Positions 27,717 through 39,552 are shown, counted from the first letter of the stretch. The stretch: 64,000 nucleotides of DNA from Candidatus Latescibacterota bacterium (GCA_965200315.1 OZ241362.1:1856001-1920000), one strand, 5' to 3'. A program made the numbers and translations. Notes: generated by a model from the sequence alone, not told the origin.

Positions 27717-28910
27717 TTAGGAATTAGGAATCCCTAATTCACCCAGCGCGGCCTCAACTCGGTCCAGCGCCTTTTCAATCAGGTCCAACGACGTGGCGTA
27801 GGAGAGGCGGATGTGCTCGTAGGTGCCAAACCCAGCGCCGGGCACACAGGCCACCTTGGCCTCTTCAAGCAAGTACTCGCACAATGCCACTGAGTCGCGG
27901 ACTTGGCTGCCGTAGTAAGCGGCCACGTCGGGATAGGCATAAAAGGCCCCCGACGGCAACGTGCATTCTACTCCTTCTATGGAGTTGAGGCGCTCGACCA
28001 TATAGCACCGCCGCGCATCAAAGGCTTGACGCATTTCCTCGATCGACTCCTGCGGGCCGTTGAGTGCCTCGACAGCCGCTTTCTGCGCCATCGACGAGGG
28101 GTGAGACACCTCTTGGCTTTGCACCTTGTTCATTCCGGCGATGATCGCTGCGCTGGCCCCTGTGTAGCCGATGCGCCAGCCGGTCATCGAATAGGCCTTG
28201 GACACCCCGTTGACCACAATGCTGAATTCCTTGGCCTCCGGGCTACAAGCTGCAATCGAGTGGTGTTCGACTCCGTCGTAGATCAGCTTCTCGTAGATTT
28301 CGTCGCTGAGCACATAGACTCCGTGCTCCACGGCCACGGCCGCCAAGCTCTCCAGCTCCTCGCGGGTGTACACCGCGCCGCTGGGATTGGATGGCGAGCA
28401 CAAAAAGAGCATCCGCGTGCGGGGGGTGATGGCGGCGCAAAACTCGTCTGCGGTGAGCTTGAGGCCGTTGGCCGCTTGGGTCTCGACGATCACCGGCTCG
28501 CCGCCCACCAGCCGCGGCTGCTCCCGATACGTCACCCAATAGGGAGTGGGGATAATGACCTCGTCGCCGGGGTTGACCAGCGCTGCCACCGCCAAAAAGA
28601 GCGAGTGCTTGGCACCGTTGTTGACGATCACTTCGTCGGTTGTGTAAACCAAGCCGTTGTCGCGCTCGAACTTGCGGCAGATCGCCTCCTTGAGCTCGAT
28701 GATCCCCGACCCCGGCGTGGTGTACTTGGTAAAGCCCTCGGCAATGGCGCGGATGCCAGCGTCTTTGACGTTTTGCGGCGTATCGAAATCCGGCTCGCCT
28801 GCCGACAGGGAAACCACGTCGATACCGGCGCGCTGCATGGCTGCGGCCCGCGCCGAAATCTGCATGGTGACCGACGGCTGGACGCGCTGTACGTTATGCG
28901 AAAGTGGCAT
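27717..28910 (-). CDS. PLP-dependent class I/II (aspartate) aminotransferase
   Basis: GEPDFDTP, SPSNPSG, SDEIY, SKAYSMTGWRIG. Confidence 0.92.
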   Translation of the reverse strand: MPLSHNVQRVQPSVTMQISARAAAMQRAGIDVVSLSAGEPDFDTPQNVKDAGIRAIAEGFTKYTTPGSGIIELKEAICRKFERDNGLVYTTDEVIVNNGAKHSLFLAVAALVNPGDEVIIPTPYWVTYREQPRLVGGEPVIVETQAANGLKLTADEFCAAITPRTRMLFLCSPSNPSGAVYTREELESLAAVAVEHGVYVLSDEIYEKLIYDGVEHHSIAACSPEAKEFSIVVNGVSKAYSMTGWRIGYTGASAAIIAGMNKVQSQEVSHPSSMAQKAAVEALNGPQESIEEMRQAFDARRCYMVERLNSIEGVECTLPSGAFYAYPDVAAYYGSQVRDSVALCEYLLEEAKVACVPGAGFGTYEHIRLSYATSLDLIEKALDRVEAALGELGIPNS

Positions 28911-28916
28911 AGTTCC

Positions 28917-30145
28917 TCAGGTCGTGTATTCGGCGTTTAGGCGCACGTACTCATATGTCAGATCGCAGGTGAAAATCTCAGCCGCGGCCTTGCCCATCGC
29001 CAAGTCGATGTCAATGGCCATTTCCTCGGCCTGCATGGCCGCGCTCAGCTTATCCCCGTCAAAATCGAGACCAGCACCGTTGCCGTAGATGTCGGTGCCG
29101 CACAGCGACACGCACGCGGTCTCGGGGTCGAACTCGACGCCGGCGTACCCCATCGCGCACAGGATGCGCCCCCAGTTGGGGGCGTTGCCAAACGCCGCGG
29201 TCTTTACCAAGCTCGAATTGGCCACCGCGATGCCGACTTGCCTCGCCTCGGCTTCGGTGGCGGCCCCGCGCACCGCTATGGTGATCAGCTTGGACGAACC
29301 CTCGGCGTCGCGCGCAATGGCCTGGGCCATCTGCCGGCATACATACTCAATGCCCTCATAGAGGCGTTCCAAGTCGCGGGAGGTTAGCTTCCCCGCAGAG
29401 CCATTCGCCATCAGGATCACCGTGTCGCTCGTACTCATGTCGCCGTCAACCGTAATGCAGTTGAACGTGCGCTGGATGGCTTGCGACAGCAGTTCCTGCA
29501 ATGGTCCGCTAGGCACGGCCGCGTCTGTGGTCACCACCGCTAGCATCGTCGCCATGTTGGGGGCGATCATGGCCGCTCCTTTGGCCATTGCCCCAACTAC
29601 GGCGCGGCCCGCTTCCAGCTCGACCTCGACAGCGCAGCTTTTCGGCACGGTGTCCGTGGTCATAATAGCCTCGGCGGCCGCAGCGCCTTCTTCGGACAAC
29701 GCTGCGACGATCCGCGGGATGCCCGCTTCGATCTTGGCAATCGGCAACGGTACGCCGATCAAGCCGGTGGAGCAGACCAGCACTTCTTCGGTTTGCAGAC
29801 CCAACTCGCTCGCGGTCAGGGCACACATCCGCCGGGCGTGGTCTAAACCGACGTCGCCGTTGCAGACATTGGATAATTCTCATTGTACTCAGTCCGTTGC
29901 CGCTGTTGATCTTTGCCGCTGTTGAGAATCACGGCCCGCGCCTTGCCATCGGCGAGGTGCTCGCGGTCGATGGCAATCGGCGCACCCTGCACCTTGTTGG
30001 TGGTGTATACCGCGGCTGCATGCGCCGGTCGCGTCGAATACACCAGCGCCAAATCCTTAGCACCCGACTCCTTGACACCCGTCTGGATACCGGCTGCCCG
30101 GTACCCGCTCGGCGCAGTAACCCCGCCGCCCTCGATAATTCTCAT
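28917..30145 (-). pseudogene. argJ: Ornithine acetyltransferase ArgJ broken by a 38-nt templated insertion near 29872-29912
   Basis: N part GGVTAPSGY...KDLAL...VILNSG; C part STGLIG, IMTTDT, MIAPNMATML, DGDMSTSD, WGRIL, CDLTYEYVRLNAEYTT; removing 38 nt gives 1191 nt in one frame. Confidence 0.9.
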
Positions 30146-30150
30146 TGTAC

Positions 30151-31746
30151 TCAGTCCGTTCCGGTCGCGCCGACCGCTAGCTCGGCTAGCGCGTCCTGCA
30201 TCAATTTGTAGTGCAAGCTATCGGCCAGCGCGATCCAACTCGCCTCAATCACATTCTCCGAAACCCCTACCGTACCCCACACATCCTTGCCGTCCGAAGA
30301 CTCAATCAACACCCGCACCTTGGCTGCAGTCCCGTCGCTGCTCGACAATACCCGCACCTTGTAGTCCTCCAAATGCACCTGCTTGAGCGCGGGGAATTCC
30401 TGCTCCAGTGCCTTGCGCAACGCTTGGTCGAGCGCGTTGACCGGGCCATCGCCGCCCGCAACCGTGTGGTACTCCGCAGCACCGATGGCGACCTTGACAA
30501 TGGCCTCGGCTTCTTCGGCGTGCGCCCCGGTCTTGCGGTTGATGGTGCGGAAGTTGATCAGCGTGAATAAGTCCTCGTACGTGCCTTGGACCCGCCGCGC
30601 CAGCAGCTCGAACGACCCCTCTGCCGCCTCGAACTGATAACCCTCGTGCTCCAACTGCTTGACCCGCTCCAAGACCCGCCCCACCAGCGGATCTCGCTTC
30701 TCTATGTCGGGCAAAAAACGCTGGAGCTTGCTGACGATCGTCGCGCCGCCCGCTTGGTCCGAGACCAAGAACCGCCGCTCATTGCCGGTGGCTATGGGAT
30801 CGATGTGTTCGTAGCAGCGCGGGTCCTTGATCATGGCGTCGATGTGAACGCCCCCCTTATGGGCGAACGCGCTCTCGCCGACATAGGGCTGGCGGTGGTC
30901 GTGATAGACGTTGGCGATCTCGCTCAGGAAGCGAGAGAAGTCCATTAGGTCCGCAAGGTTATCTCGGCCCACTGTCTGGTAGCCCATCTTCAGTTCCAAG
31001 TTAGGCAGGATGGCGCACAAGTTGGCGTTGCCGCAGCGCTCGCCATAGCCGTTGAAGGTGCCTTGCACTTGCACTGCTCCCCGCTCCACGGCGACGAGCG
31101 TGTTAGCCACGCCCACGCCGGCATCGTTGTGCGTGTGGATGCCAAAGGGAAGCGCAATCCGCTCGGCAACCTCTTCGACGATCTGGCCCATCTCGCTGGT
31201 CAGGGTCCCGCCGTTGGTGTCGCAGAGTACCAAAATCCGCGCCCCACCGCGTTCGGCAGCCAACAGGGTCTCAATCGCGTAATCAGCGTCGGCCTTGTAG
31301 CCGTCGAAAAAGTGCTCGGCGTCGTAGAGCACTTCACGACCGTGCGCGACCAGATAGGCGACCGAGTCCTCAATCAGCCGCAGATTTTCTTCTAAAGTTG
31401 TCTTGAGCGCCTCGACGACATGCAAGGTCCAGCTCTTGCCAAAGATGCAAACGCTGTTGGTCTCGGCCCTCAGAAGCGTGTTCAGGGTCGCGTCTTCCTC
31501 TGGGGCCACATCGGCCCGGCGCGTACTGCCAAAGGCGGTCACTCGCGCCTGCAGACCTAGCTTCTTCACTTCCCGAAAGAACGCCAGGTCCTTGGGGTTG
31601 GTGGGGTTGGGCCAGCCTCCTTCGATGTAATCGACTCCCAGCGCGTCGAGCCGCCGCGCGATCAGCAGCTTGTCCTCTAGCGAATAGGAAATGCCCTCGG
31701 CTTGGGCGCCGTCCCGCAGGGTAGAGTCATAGACTTCGATGCGCAT
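30151..31746 (-). CDS. cimA: Citramalate synthase
   Basis: YDSTLRDGAQAEG, YDAEHFFDG, LCDTNGG, HTHND, AFAHKGGVH, GYQFEAAEGSFELL, WGTVGVSENVIEAS. Confidence 0.93.
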   Translation of the reverse strand: MRIEVYDSTLRDGAQAEGISYSLEDKLLIARRLDALGVDYIEGGWPNPTNPKDLAFFREVKKLGLQARVTAFGSTRRADVAPEEDATLNTLLRAETNSVCIFGKSWTLHVVEALKTTLEENLRLIEDSVAYLVAHGREVLYDAEHFFDGYKADADYAIETLLAAERGGARILVLCDTNGGTLTSEMGQIVEEVAERIALPFGIHTHNDAGVGVANTLVAVERGAVQVQGTFNGYGERCGNANLCAILPNLELKMGYQTVGRDNLADLMDFSRFLSEIANVYHDHRQPYVGESAFAHKGGVHIDAMIKDPRCYEHIDPIATGNERRFLVSDQAGGATIVSKLQRFLPDIEKRDPLVGRVLERVKQLEHEGYQFEAAEGSFELLARRVQGTYEDLFTLINFRTINRKTGAHAEEAEAIVKVAIGAAEYHTVAGGDGPVNALDQALRKALEQEFPALKQVHLEDYKVRVLSSSDGTAAKVRVLIESSDGKDVWGTVGVSENVIEASWIALADSLHYKLMQDALAELAVGATGTD

Positions 31747-31767
31747 GGTATCGCTTCCTTCCAGCGC

Positions 31768-32826
31768 CTAGGCGTCGGCCACGGCTTGGGCCACTAGGTC
31801 GCCTACTTCTGCCGTCGAATACCCCATTCTTCCCGCGCCCATATCGTCGAGCTTGCCCAGCGTCGAGACGATAGCACCCTCCAAAATGTTGGCCCCCTCG
31901 TGCTCGCCGAGCGTATCGAGCATGAGCTGACAAGCACCGATGGCGGCCATTGGGTTGATGATATTCTGGCCGGTGTACTTGGGGGCCGAGCCGCCGATCG
32001 GCTCGAACATCGACACCCCTTCGGGGTTGATATTGCCGCCGGCAGCAATGCCCATTCCGCCTTGGATCATCGCGCCCAAATCCGTGATGATGTCCCCGAA
32101 CATGTTGTCGGTGACCACCACGTCGAACCACTCGGGGTTTTTGACCATCCACATGCAGATGGCATCGACGTGGGCGTAGTCGCGCTTGATGGACGGATAG
32201 TCGGCCGCGCCGATTTCGTCAAACGCCCGCTCCCACAGGTCGAAGGCATAGGTCAGCACATTGGTCTTGCCACACAGCGTCAAGGTGTTGTCTTTGTTGC
32301 GCCGCTGAGTGTATTCAAAGGCGTAGCGCAGGCAGCGCTCGACGCCTTTGCGGGTGTTGATCGACTCCTGCACTGCGATCTCGTCGGGTGTACCCTTTTT
32401 GAGGAAGCCGCCGGCGCCGGCGTACAGCCCCTCGGTGTTTTCGCGCACCACCACGAAGTCGATATCCTCCGGCCCCTTGTCCTTGATCGGCGTCGGCACA
32501 TTGGGGTAGAGCTTGACCGGGCGGAGATTGATGTACTGATCCAACTCAAAGCGCAGCCTCAGTAGAATGCCCTTTTCGAGGATACCCGGCTTCACGTCCG
32601 GGTGGCCGATGGCCCCCAAGTAAATGGCATCAAACTGCCTAAAGTCCTCGGACGCTGAGTCGGGCAAGACTTCGCCGGTGCGCAGATAGCGGTCGCCACC
32701 GAAGTCGAACTCGGCGGTCTCGTATTTGAATCCCTGCTTGGCAGCCACCGCGTCGAGTGCTTTTAGCCCCTCAACCACGACTTCAGGCCCCGTTCCGTCT
32801 CCGGGTAGTACGGCGATTTTGTGCAA
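31768..32826 (-). CDS. leuB: 3-isopropylmalate dehydrogenase
   Basis: [38 protein letters not shown]; leu operon context. Confidence 0.93.
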   Translation of the reverse strand: MHKIAVLPGDGTGPEVVVEGLKALDAVAAKQGFKYETAEFDFGGDRYLRTGEVLPDSASEDFRQFDAIYLGAIGHPDVKPGILEKGILLRLRFELDQYINLRPVKLYPNVPTPIKDKGPEDIDFVVVRENTEGLYAGAGGFLKKGTPDEIAVQESINTRKGVERCLRYAFEYTQRRNKDNTLTLCGKTNVLTYAFDLWERAFDEIGAADYPSIKRDYAHVDAICMWMVKNPEWFDVVVTDNMFGDIITDLGAMIQGGMGIAAGGNINPEGVSMFEPIGGSAPKYTGQNIINPMAAIGACQLMLDTLGEHEGANILEGAIVSTLGKLDDMGAGRMGYSTAEVGDLVAQAVADA

Positions 32827-32859
32827 TTATTTATCTCCCGTGTTTGAGGATAATTCGCC

Positions 32860-33774
32860 TTATTCAGTTAAACCTAATAGGCGTTCGAGTTCGCCGATTA
32901 TTGCAAGTGCAGACTGAGCCTTCTGAGAAGGGATGTCTGTTGCTTGTCGAACTCGCTGCTGCAACCGTTCCAAGGCGGTACGTGCTCGGTCATCGGTCGT
33001 GCTTTCTTGAAAAGTCTTCAAGAACTCCCTCCAATAAACCGCCTTTATACCGCACAATTGTACATCATCGAGTTTATTTTTATATGTGTCCATCATCCCC
33101 GTGCGGGCCAAGCGGCCAAAGTTGCTACCGCCATCCGAAACAGGTTTGTCGAGGATCTGATCCGACTTGCTTGGATATGGCTCCACTCCGGCAGGAATAT
33201 CGATGTCCGTAGAAAGGCGGGTTTCCCGGACTCGTTGCCAGTGGTGATTGCGATATTCCGCAGCGTATTTTGCTGATTCGACAAATGGCTCAAACAGAAT
33301 CGGAGACCCGTTGGTGATGTTTCCCAAAACCCAAGGAACCACGACAATCAAATCTTGTTCAGCACAGGCCGCGGCGGTAGTTTGAAATCTCAAACTGGGC
33401 TCGGTTTCTTTGGCCAACAAATACCAGCCTTTAAGTTCAATACCCAATAGAGTCTCGCTGTTTGATGCTTGGCGCAAAAGAACATCGGGGAATGTTTGTG
33501 CTTGGCGTACAAAACTATACAGGGCATACTTTTCGCCCGGGTCCCACGTATTCCTCATTAGGTTCAATGTGAGTACAACTTGCTCTTCAATCGTCGCTCC
33601 GAGTACGGTATTTAGAGTATGTAGATCGGTAGCCATGACGCCGGAAATATGGGTTTCTGTACGGAAGTGGAGCGGCAGACCCGAGATAGCTTCGCGGACA
33701 TCTTTGTAAAGTTGAAAATGTTCCCAGTCGTCGGGCAATTTCCTTGTTGGGGTGCCCTGACTTCTCTCACTCAT
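32860..33774 (-). CDS. Putative PD-(D/E)xK restriction endonuclease
   Basis: QTFPDVLL...LGIELKGWY; ATGA overlap with the upstream methyltransferase; lower GC. Confidence 0.6.
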   Translation of the reverse strand: MSERSQGTPTRKLPDDWEHFQLYKDVREAISGLPLHFRTETHISGVMATDLHTLNTVLGATIEEQVVLTLNLMRNTWDPGEKYALYSFVRQAQTFPDVLLRQASNSETLLGIELKGWYLLAKETEPSLRFQTTAAACAEQDLIVVVPWVLGNITNGSPILFEPFVESAKYAAEYRNHHWQRVRETRLSTDIDIPAGVEPYPSKSDQILDKPVSDGGSNFGRLARTGMMDTYKNKLDDVQLCGIKAVYWREFLKTFQESTTDDRARTALERLQQRVRQATDIPSQKAQSALAIIGELERLLGLTE

Positions 33775-34820
33775 GAGGCGGCCAATCTCTCCACGGCGGC
33801 ACGGTAAAATTCGGGAATTATCTCCGCAGCATAGTACTCGCGGTCAAATTGATAAGCCACTACTGCTCCTGGACATAGACCACCAAACGGTTCCCAGATA
33901 ACGTCGCCTTTATCCGTCGAAGCTCGAATGATCAAGTCTATGAACTTCAATGGCTTCTGGCTACCGTGCAAGCTGCGGAATTTATACTTCATTTTACTGC
34001 GCACTCCCCGAATCCGCTCAGAACCACTGACCTGTGGTTCGCGCCAAACATTCGTGATGCCTATGTTGCATTTGAATTTTGCCCGTAGTTTGGCCCAATG
34101 ATGACCGGGGATAGGGTCTCTACCGTCTGCACTGAAATACGGGCACCCTTTGGGGTCGCCGTGTTCGTTTGCGTACTTGACCAATTTCACGAAGGTTTCA
34201 ACTGGCGGATAGTACCAAAGATGGTCAGCAGTAAGGTACTTTCGGGTTGCGGCATTAATCACTCCACACGCTTCATTAGCCAATCGCAAAGGTAAACCCG
34301 TGCGCTTCCATTCGCGCCGAAGCCATTCCTGCATAGTCAATGACACCCCACCCACTTGGAAGCGGGCCGCCTTGACGTAATGCACACATACCTCCGTTAC
34401 CACCGGGAATTTGCGCAGCGTGTGTGTATTGGCGTTTCCAGCAATGTGCCCGAGGCCCTTGTCCCAAACATTGCAACACCGATACTCCCAGCCGTGCGCC
34501 ACGAGGATCGGATGCACCGTCGCCCAGCCCACTTCCGTATTCCAAAACCACAAGGTGGTCGCCGGGGTAGCCCGCTCACTCCACGTCTTAACGTGTGGCT
34601 CGTACCACTCAGCCAAGGAACTCTCGGTATGGCTGTCACCGGGAAAACCGCTGACTCCATACGGGCCATCGGAAATAATGCAAGTCGGCGTTGGCCAGTC
34701 GGCATAGTGGTTTTCGGCGCGGTCAAAGTGAATAGATGCCAATCCGTGCGTGTACTGCTGACCGGCGACAGGTTCTGGTTGGCCGCGTTGCTCGGTTGGG
34801 AACAAGTGAGCCTGTGTCAT
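33771..34820 (-). CDS. Beta-class N4/N6 DNA methyltransferase with atypical motifs
   Basis: IISDGPY (motif IV), HGSQKPL, VIWEPFGG (motif I), AAEI. Confidence 0.82.
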   Translation of the reverse strand: MTQAHLFPTEQRGQPEPVAGQQYTHGLASIHFDRAENHYADWPTPTCIISDGPYGVSGFPGDSHTESSLAEWYEPHVKTWSERATPATTLWFWNTEVGWATVHPILVAHGWEYRCCNVWDKGLGHIAGNANTHTLRKFPVVTEVCVHYVKAARFQVGGVSLTMQEWLRREWKRTGLPLRLANEACGVINAATRKYLTADHLWYYPPVETFVKLVKYANEHGDPKGCPYFSADGRDPIPGHHWAKLRAKFKCNIGITNVWREPQVSGSERIRGVRSKMKYKFRSLHGSQKPLKFIDLIIRASTDKGDVIWEPFGGLCPGAVVAYQFDREYYAAEIIPEFYRAAVERLAAS

Positions 34821-34832
34821 CTTGCGCTGCCC

Positions 34833-35438
34833 TTAGTGGCCAGCGGCAAAGGCTCGAGTGTAAGGCAAGCGAGCAGCGGTCTGGCCGATCTGGTCGCCGG
34901 CGTCCAAAAGCTGACCCAGCGAGTCCCAGCTCCCCTTGAGAAATTGCTCGCGCGGGCCATCGGCAATATCGGCTGCAACTTGGCGGCCGGCCCAGCTCAC
35001 CCGCCGAGCTTCGAGGTCAATGGCCACCTCCTGCGCCGGATCGCTCTCGACCGCGTCCATCAAAGTCTGCATGTCCTCGGCCGCCACCCGCACACAAGGC
35101 AATCCCATGGCGATGCAGTTGCCAAAGAAAATCTCGGCAAAGGACTCGGCGACAAATCCCTGAATCCCCCAGCGCATTAGGGCTTGGGGGGCGTGTTCGC
35201 GCGAGGACCCGCAGCCAAAATTGGCATTAGCCAACAGGATCGATGCCCCTTGGAAACGCGCTTGGTCAAAGGGATGGTCGCCAGCCGTGCGATCATCTTC
35301 AAAGGCGTGGGCACCCAGATGCTCAAAGGTCACCGTCCGCAAAAAGCGGGCCGGAATGATGCGGTCGGTATCAATATCGGCCCCGCGCACGACCACGCCG
35401 CGGCCAGTTATCGTCTGAATCACACTCGAATTTCCCAT
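34833..35438 (-). CDS. leuD: 3-isopropylmalate dehydratase small subunit
   Basis: IDTDRIIPARFL, NFGCGSSREHAPQAL, SFAEIFFGN. Confidence 0.96.
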   Translation of the reverse strand: MGNSSVIQTITGRGVVVRGADIDTDRIIPARFLRTVTFEHLGAHAFEDDRTAGDHPFDQARFQGASILLANANFGCGSSREHAPQALMRWGIQGFVAESFAEIFFGNCIAMGLPCVRVAAEDMQTLMDAVESDPAQEVAIDLEARRVSWAGRQVAADIADGPREQFLKGSWDSLGQLLDAGDQIGQTAARLPYTRAFAAGH

Positions 35439-35451
35439 GGTGTCTCCTCCT

Positions 35452-36849
35452 CTACCCCACCAATTCCCGCACATCTGCCACCTCGCCGGCCACCGCCGCC
35501 GCCGCGACCATCGCCGGACTCATCAGCAGGGTGCGGCCGGTGGGGCTGCCCTGCCGGCCCTTGAAGTTGCGGTTGGACGACGAGGCGCACAGCTCGCGGC
35601 CCTCGAGTTTGTCGGGATTCATCGCCAAGCACATGGAGCAACCCGCTCCCCGCCACTGGAACCCAGCCTCCGCAAAGATCTCGTGCAAGCCCTCGGCCTC
35701 GGCTGCGGCCCGCACCTGCTGAGACCCAGGCACCACGAGGGCGCGGACGCTGGGGGCTACCTTGTGCCCGCGAGCTACTCGGGCGGCCTCGCGCAAATCC
35801 GAGAGCCGACCGTTGGTGCAGGAGCCGATAAACGCCACATCTACTTTGGTGCCGGCGATCCTTTGCCCCGGCGCAAAGTCCATGTACTCAAAGGCTTCTC
35901 GGACAGTGGATCGCTCGGCGTCGGCAAAAGCGTCTAGGTCGGGCAGGGCTTGGTCGATACCGACTGATTGGCCTGGCGTGATGCCCCACGTCACGGTCGG
36001 GCCGATCGCACGACCGTCTATTTGGACTAAGTCGTCGTATTCGGCGTCGGCATCTGAGGCCATGGACTCCCACCACTCGACCGCCTGCTCAAAGTTGCGC
36101 GGCGCGTGAGGCCGCCCGTTGAGATAGTTGTAAGTCGTCTGATCGGGATTGACGTAGCCGACCCGGGCCCCGCCCTCAATCGACATATTGCACACCGTCA
36201 TCCGCTCTTCGATGGACATGGCCTCAATGACTGAGCCGCCGTACTCATAGCCGTAGCCAACACCGCCATTGACCCCGAGCTGGCCGATGATGTGCAAGAT
36301 GACGTCCTTGGCATACACCCCCTCGCTCAGCGCACCGCGGATCTCGATCCGCCGCACCTTGAGCGGGTCCATGGCCAAGCACTGAGTGGCGAGCACATCG
36401 CGGACTTGGCTGGTGCCAATGCCAAAGGCCACCGCGCCAAAGGCTCCGTGCGTCGAAGTGTGGCTGTCGCCGCAGGCAATGGTCATGCCTGGCTGGGTCA
36501 GCCCCAACTCTGGGCCGATGACGTGGACTACCCCTTGGCGCTGATCGTCGATGTTGAACAGCGGGATCTCGAATTCGGCGGCATTCTGCTCGATCGCGTC
36601 CATCATCTCCTCGGCCAAGTCATCGACAAAAGGCCGCTGCACCAAGTCCGTAGGCACGATGTGATCCACAGTGGCAAAGGTGCGCTTGGGGAAGCGGACC
36701 ATAAGGCCGCGCTCCCGCAGCATCTCAAAAGCCTGAGGGCTGGTCACCTCGTGGACCAGATGCAGGCCAACGAACAACTGCGTCTGCCCAGAGGGCAACT
36801 CGCGCACGGTGTGCGCATCCCAAACCTTGTGCAACAGGGTCTTGCCCAT
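35452..36849 (-). CDS. leuC: 3-isopropylmalate dehydratase large subunit
   Basis: [48 protein letters not shown]. Confidence 0.97.
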   Translation of the reverse strand: MGKTLLHKVWDAHTVRELPSGQTQLFVGLHLVHEVTSPQAFEMLRERGLMVRFPKRTFATVDHIVPTDLVQRPFVDDLAEEMMDAIEQNAAEFEIPLFNIDDQRQGVVHVIGPELGLTQPGMTIACGDSHTSTHGAFGAVAFGIGTSQVRDVLATQCLAMDPLKVRRIEIRGALSEGVYAKDVILHIIGQLGVNGGVGYGYEYGGSVIEAMSIEERMTVCNMSIEGGARVGYVNPDQTTYNYLNGRPHAPRNFEQAVEWWESMASDADAEYDDLVQIDGRAIGPTVTWGITPGQSVGIDQALPDLDAFADAERSTVREAFEYMDFAPGQRIAGTKVDVAFIGSCTNGRLSDLREAARVARGHKVAPSVRALVVPGSQQVRAAAEAEGLHEIFAEAGFQWRGAGCSMCLAMNPDKLEGRELCASSSNRNFKGRQGSPTGRTLLMSPAMVAAAAVAGEVADVRELVG

Positions 36850-36862
36850 CTCCAAATCTCCT

Positions 36863-38398
36863 CTACACGGTCTGATGCTGTTCTTTAATGGTCTTGGCGA
36901 CTAGGCGGTTCAGCGCATCCACATAAGCCCTCGCACTCGCCTCAATGACGTCCGTTGAAACCCCCCGGCCGCGCGCCTTCTCTCCGTTATCCGACAAATG
37001 CACTGTTACCTCGCCCAGCGCTTGGCTGCCGGAGGTAATGGCGCGGATGGCGTAGTCGTCGAGCCGGGCCTCGGTGCCGCAAGCCAAGCCAATGGCCGCA
37101 TAAGCCGCATCGACCGGGCCATCGCCCCACGACGACTGCTGGACCGTTTCGTCGCCAATGCGCATCCGCACCGTGGCCGAAGGCACCGTACCGGTGCCGC
37201 TGACCGAATGCAAGTACTGGAGCTCGTAGTAGGCAGTCGTTTCGTCCGAGTCGCCGACGATCTCAATTAAGTCCTCGTCGAAGACCTCCTTCTTCTTGTC
37301 GGCCAACTCGACGAAGTCTTCGTACACCTTGTCCAGTTCCTCTTTGTTCAACTCGTAGCCCAAGACCTCCAGCCGGTGGCGCAGTGCAGCGCGTCCCGAG
37401 CGCGCCGTCAGCACGATCTCGGTATCGTCCAGCCCGACGTCTTTCGGCTCCATGATCTCAAAAGTGTCGCGCTGCTTGAGCACTCCGTCTTGGTGGATGC
37501 CCGAGCTGTGAGCGAAGGCGTTGGCACCGACGATCGCCTTGTTGGGCTGGACCGCGATCCCCATCAAGCGGCTGACCAGCCGGCTAGTGGGTACGATCTC
37601 CTCGGTTTCTACCTCGGTGTCAAAGCCGAAGTAGTCCTGGCGCGTCTTCAGCGCCATGACGATCTCTTCTAGCGAGGCATTGCCGGCTCGCTCGCCCAAA
37701 CCGTTGATCGTGCATTCGGCTTGGCGTGCGCCGTTCTTGATGGCGGAGAGCGTGTTGATTACCGCCATCCCCAGATCGTCGTGGCAGTGGACGCTGATAA
37801 TGGCACCGCCACTGTTGGGCACCTTGGCGATAATCTGCGCGATTAGGGCTCCAAACTCTTCGGGCACGGCATAACCCACGGTGTCGGGGATGTTGATCGT
37901 CGTGGCCCCCGCCGCGATGGTTGCCGCGATAACTTCGTTGAGGTAGTTGGGCTCGGTGCGAGCGGCGTCCATAGGTGAAAACTCGACATCGTCGCAGTAC
38001 GACTTGGCCTGCTCCACCGCGGCCACCGCCATTTTCAGCACCTCTTCCCGGCCCTTGCGCAACTGGCCCGCGAGGTGAATATCTGATGTGCCAATGAAGG
38101 TGTGGATCCGCGGCCGGGGCGCGTCCCGCAGCGCCTCACCTGCCCGGTCAATGTCCAAGGGCACGGCGCGGGACAGCCCGCAGATCACCGGCCCGGCAAC
38201 TTCCTGCCCAATGCGACGCACGGCCTCAAAGTCCTCGTTGGAAGAAACCGGAAAGCCGGCCTCGATAATATCGACCTTCAACCGCGCCAACTGGTGGGCG
38301 ACTTCGAGCTTTTCCTTGACTGTCAGCGAGGCACCGGGCGTTTGCTCGGCATCCCGCAGCGTGGTGTCGAAAATATATACGCGATTTGCATCAGCCAT
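36863..38398 (-). CDS. leuA: 2-isopropylmalate synthase
   Basis: [47 protein letters not shown]. Confidence 0.95.
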   Translation of the reverse strand: MADANRVYIFDTTLRDAEQTPGASLTVKEKLEVAHQLARLKVDIIEAGFPVSSNEDFEAVRRIGQEVAGPVICGLSRAVPLDIDRAGEALRDAPRPRIHTFIGTSDIHLAGQLRKGREEVLKMAVAAVEQAKSYCDDVEFSPMDAARTEPNYLNEVIAATIAAGATTINIPDTVGYAVPEEFGALIAQIIAKVPNSGGAIISVHCHDDLGMAVINTLSAIKNGARQAECTINGLGERAGNASLEEIVMALKTRQDYFGFDTEVETEEIVPTSRLVSRLMGIAVQPNKAIVGANAFAHSSGIHQDGVLKQRDTFEIMEPKDVGLDDTEIVLTARSGRAALRHRLEVLGYELNKEELDKVYEDFVELADKKKEVFDEDLIEIVGDSDETTAYYELQYLHSVSGTGTVPSATVRMRIGDETVQQSSWGDGPVDAAYAAIGLACGTEARLDDYAIRAITSGSQALGEVTVHLSDNGEKARGRGVSTDVIEASARAYVDALNRLVAKTIKEQHQTV

Positions 38399-38559
38399 GA
38401 TGTGTTCTTTCCTAGGCTGGCCGGATGAAGTGGTACAAGCGGCAGACGGTCCCCTCCAGCCGTGCAGAGACCGCCTACCGACCAAAGGTCGGGGTCGGAA
38501 CTCAACTCGCTAAGTAGGGGTTCCATCGCGCTCACCTCCTCTCAAGGTTTTCCTATCTG

Positions 38560-39552
38560 TTATTTGTCGTCCAGCCAGCTCATCATCGCACGCAGCCGGG
38601 TGCCGACGGTCTCGATCAGGTGCTCGGAATCGCGGCGCTTGATCGCATTGTACACCGGGCGGCCCACTTGGTTTTCGGCCAGCCATTCCCGCGCAAAGTG
38701 GCCGTTCTGCACGTCGGCGAGAATCTGCTTCATCTCCGCTCGCGTCTGCTCGCTTATCACCCGGCGGCCGCGCGTCAGGTCGCCAAACTCCGCGGTATCT
38801 GAAATCGACGAGCGCATGTTGGCAATGCCGCCCTCGTAGATCAGATCGACGATCAGCTTGACCTCGTGCAGGCACTCGAAATAAGCGACCTCGGGCTGGT
38901 AGCCAGCCTCGACGAGCGTGTCAAACCCCGCACGGATTAGCTCGGTCAAGCCGCCGCACAGCACCACCTGCTCGCCGAATAAGTCGGTCTCGGTCTCCTC
39001 GCGGAAAGTCGTCTCAATAACTCCGGCCCGGCCGCAGCCAATCCCCTTCGCGTATGCCAAGCCGACCTCGTGCGCCCGGCCAGTGGCGTCTTGGTACACG
39101 GCCAACAGGCCCGGCACACCACCCCCTTGCTGGTACACGCGGCGCACCAAATGCCCCGGCCCTTTGGGCGCAACCATGAACACATCGACATCGGTCGGCG
39201 GCACCACCTGCCCAAAGTGGATGTTAAACCCGTGGGCAAAGGCGAGGGCATTGCCCGCTTCGAGATTGGGGCGGATATCGGCTTCGTACACGGCCTTTTG
39301 GACTTCGTCGTTGATCAGGATCACCACGATATCGCCCCGCTTGCTGGCCTCGGCCACATCGGCGACCTCCAGCCCTTCGGCCTCGGCTTCAGCGCGCCGC
39401 TGGCTACCCGCACGCAGGCCCACCACCACCTTGACGCCGCTCTCCGCCAGGTTGAGCGAATGCGCGTGGCCCTGACTGCCATAGCCGATGACGGCCACGG
39501 TTTTGTCCGCGAGCAGCTCGAGGTTGGCGTCGTTGTCGTAGAACATTTGCAT
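38560..39552 (-). CDS. ilvC: Ketol-acid reductoisomerase
   Basis: [39 protein letters not shown]. Confidence 0.97.
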   Translation of the reverse strand: MQMFYDNDANLELLADKTVAVIGYGSQGHAHSLNLAESGVKVVVGLRAGSQRRAEAEAEGLEVADVAEASKRGDIVVILINDEVQKAVYEADIRPNLEAGNALAFAHGFNIHFGQVVPPTDVDVFMVAPKGPGHLVRRVYQQGGGVPGLLAVYQDATGRAHEVGLAYAKGIGCGRAGVIETTFREETETDLFGEQVVLCGGLTELIRAGFDTLVEAGYQPEVAYFECLHEVKLIVDLIYEGGIANMRSSISDTAEFGDLTRGRRVISEQTRAEMKQILADVQNGHFAREWLAENQVGRPVYNAIKRRDSEHLIETVGTRLRAMMSWLDDK

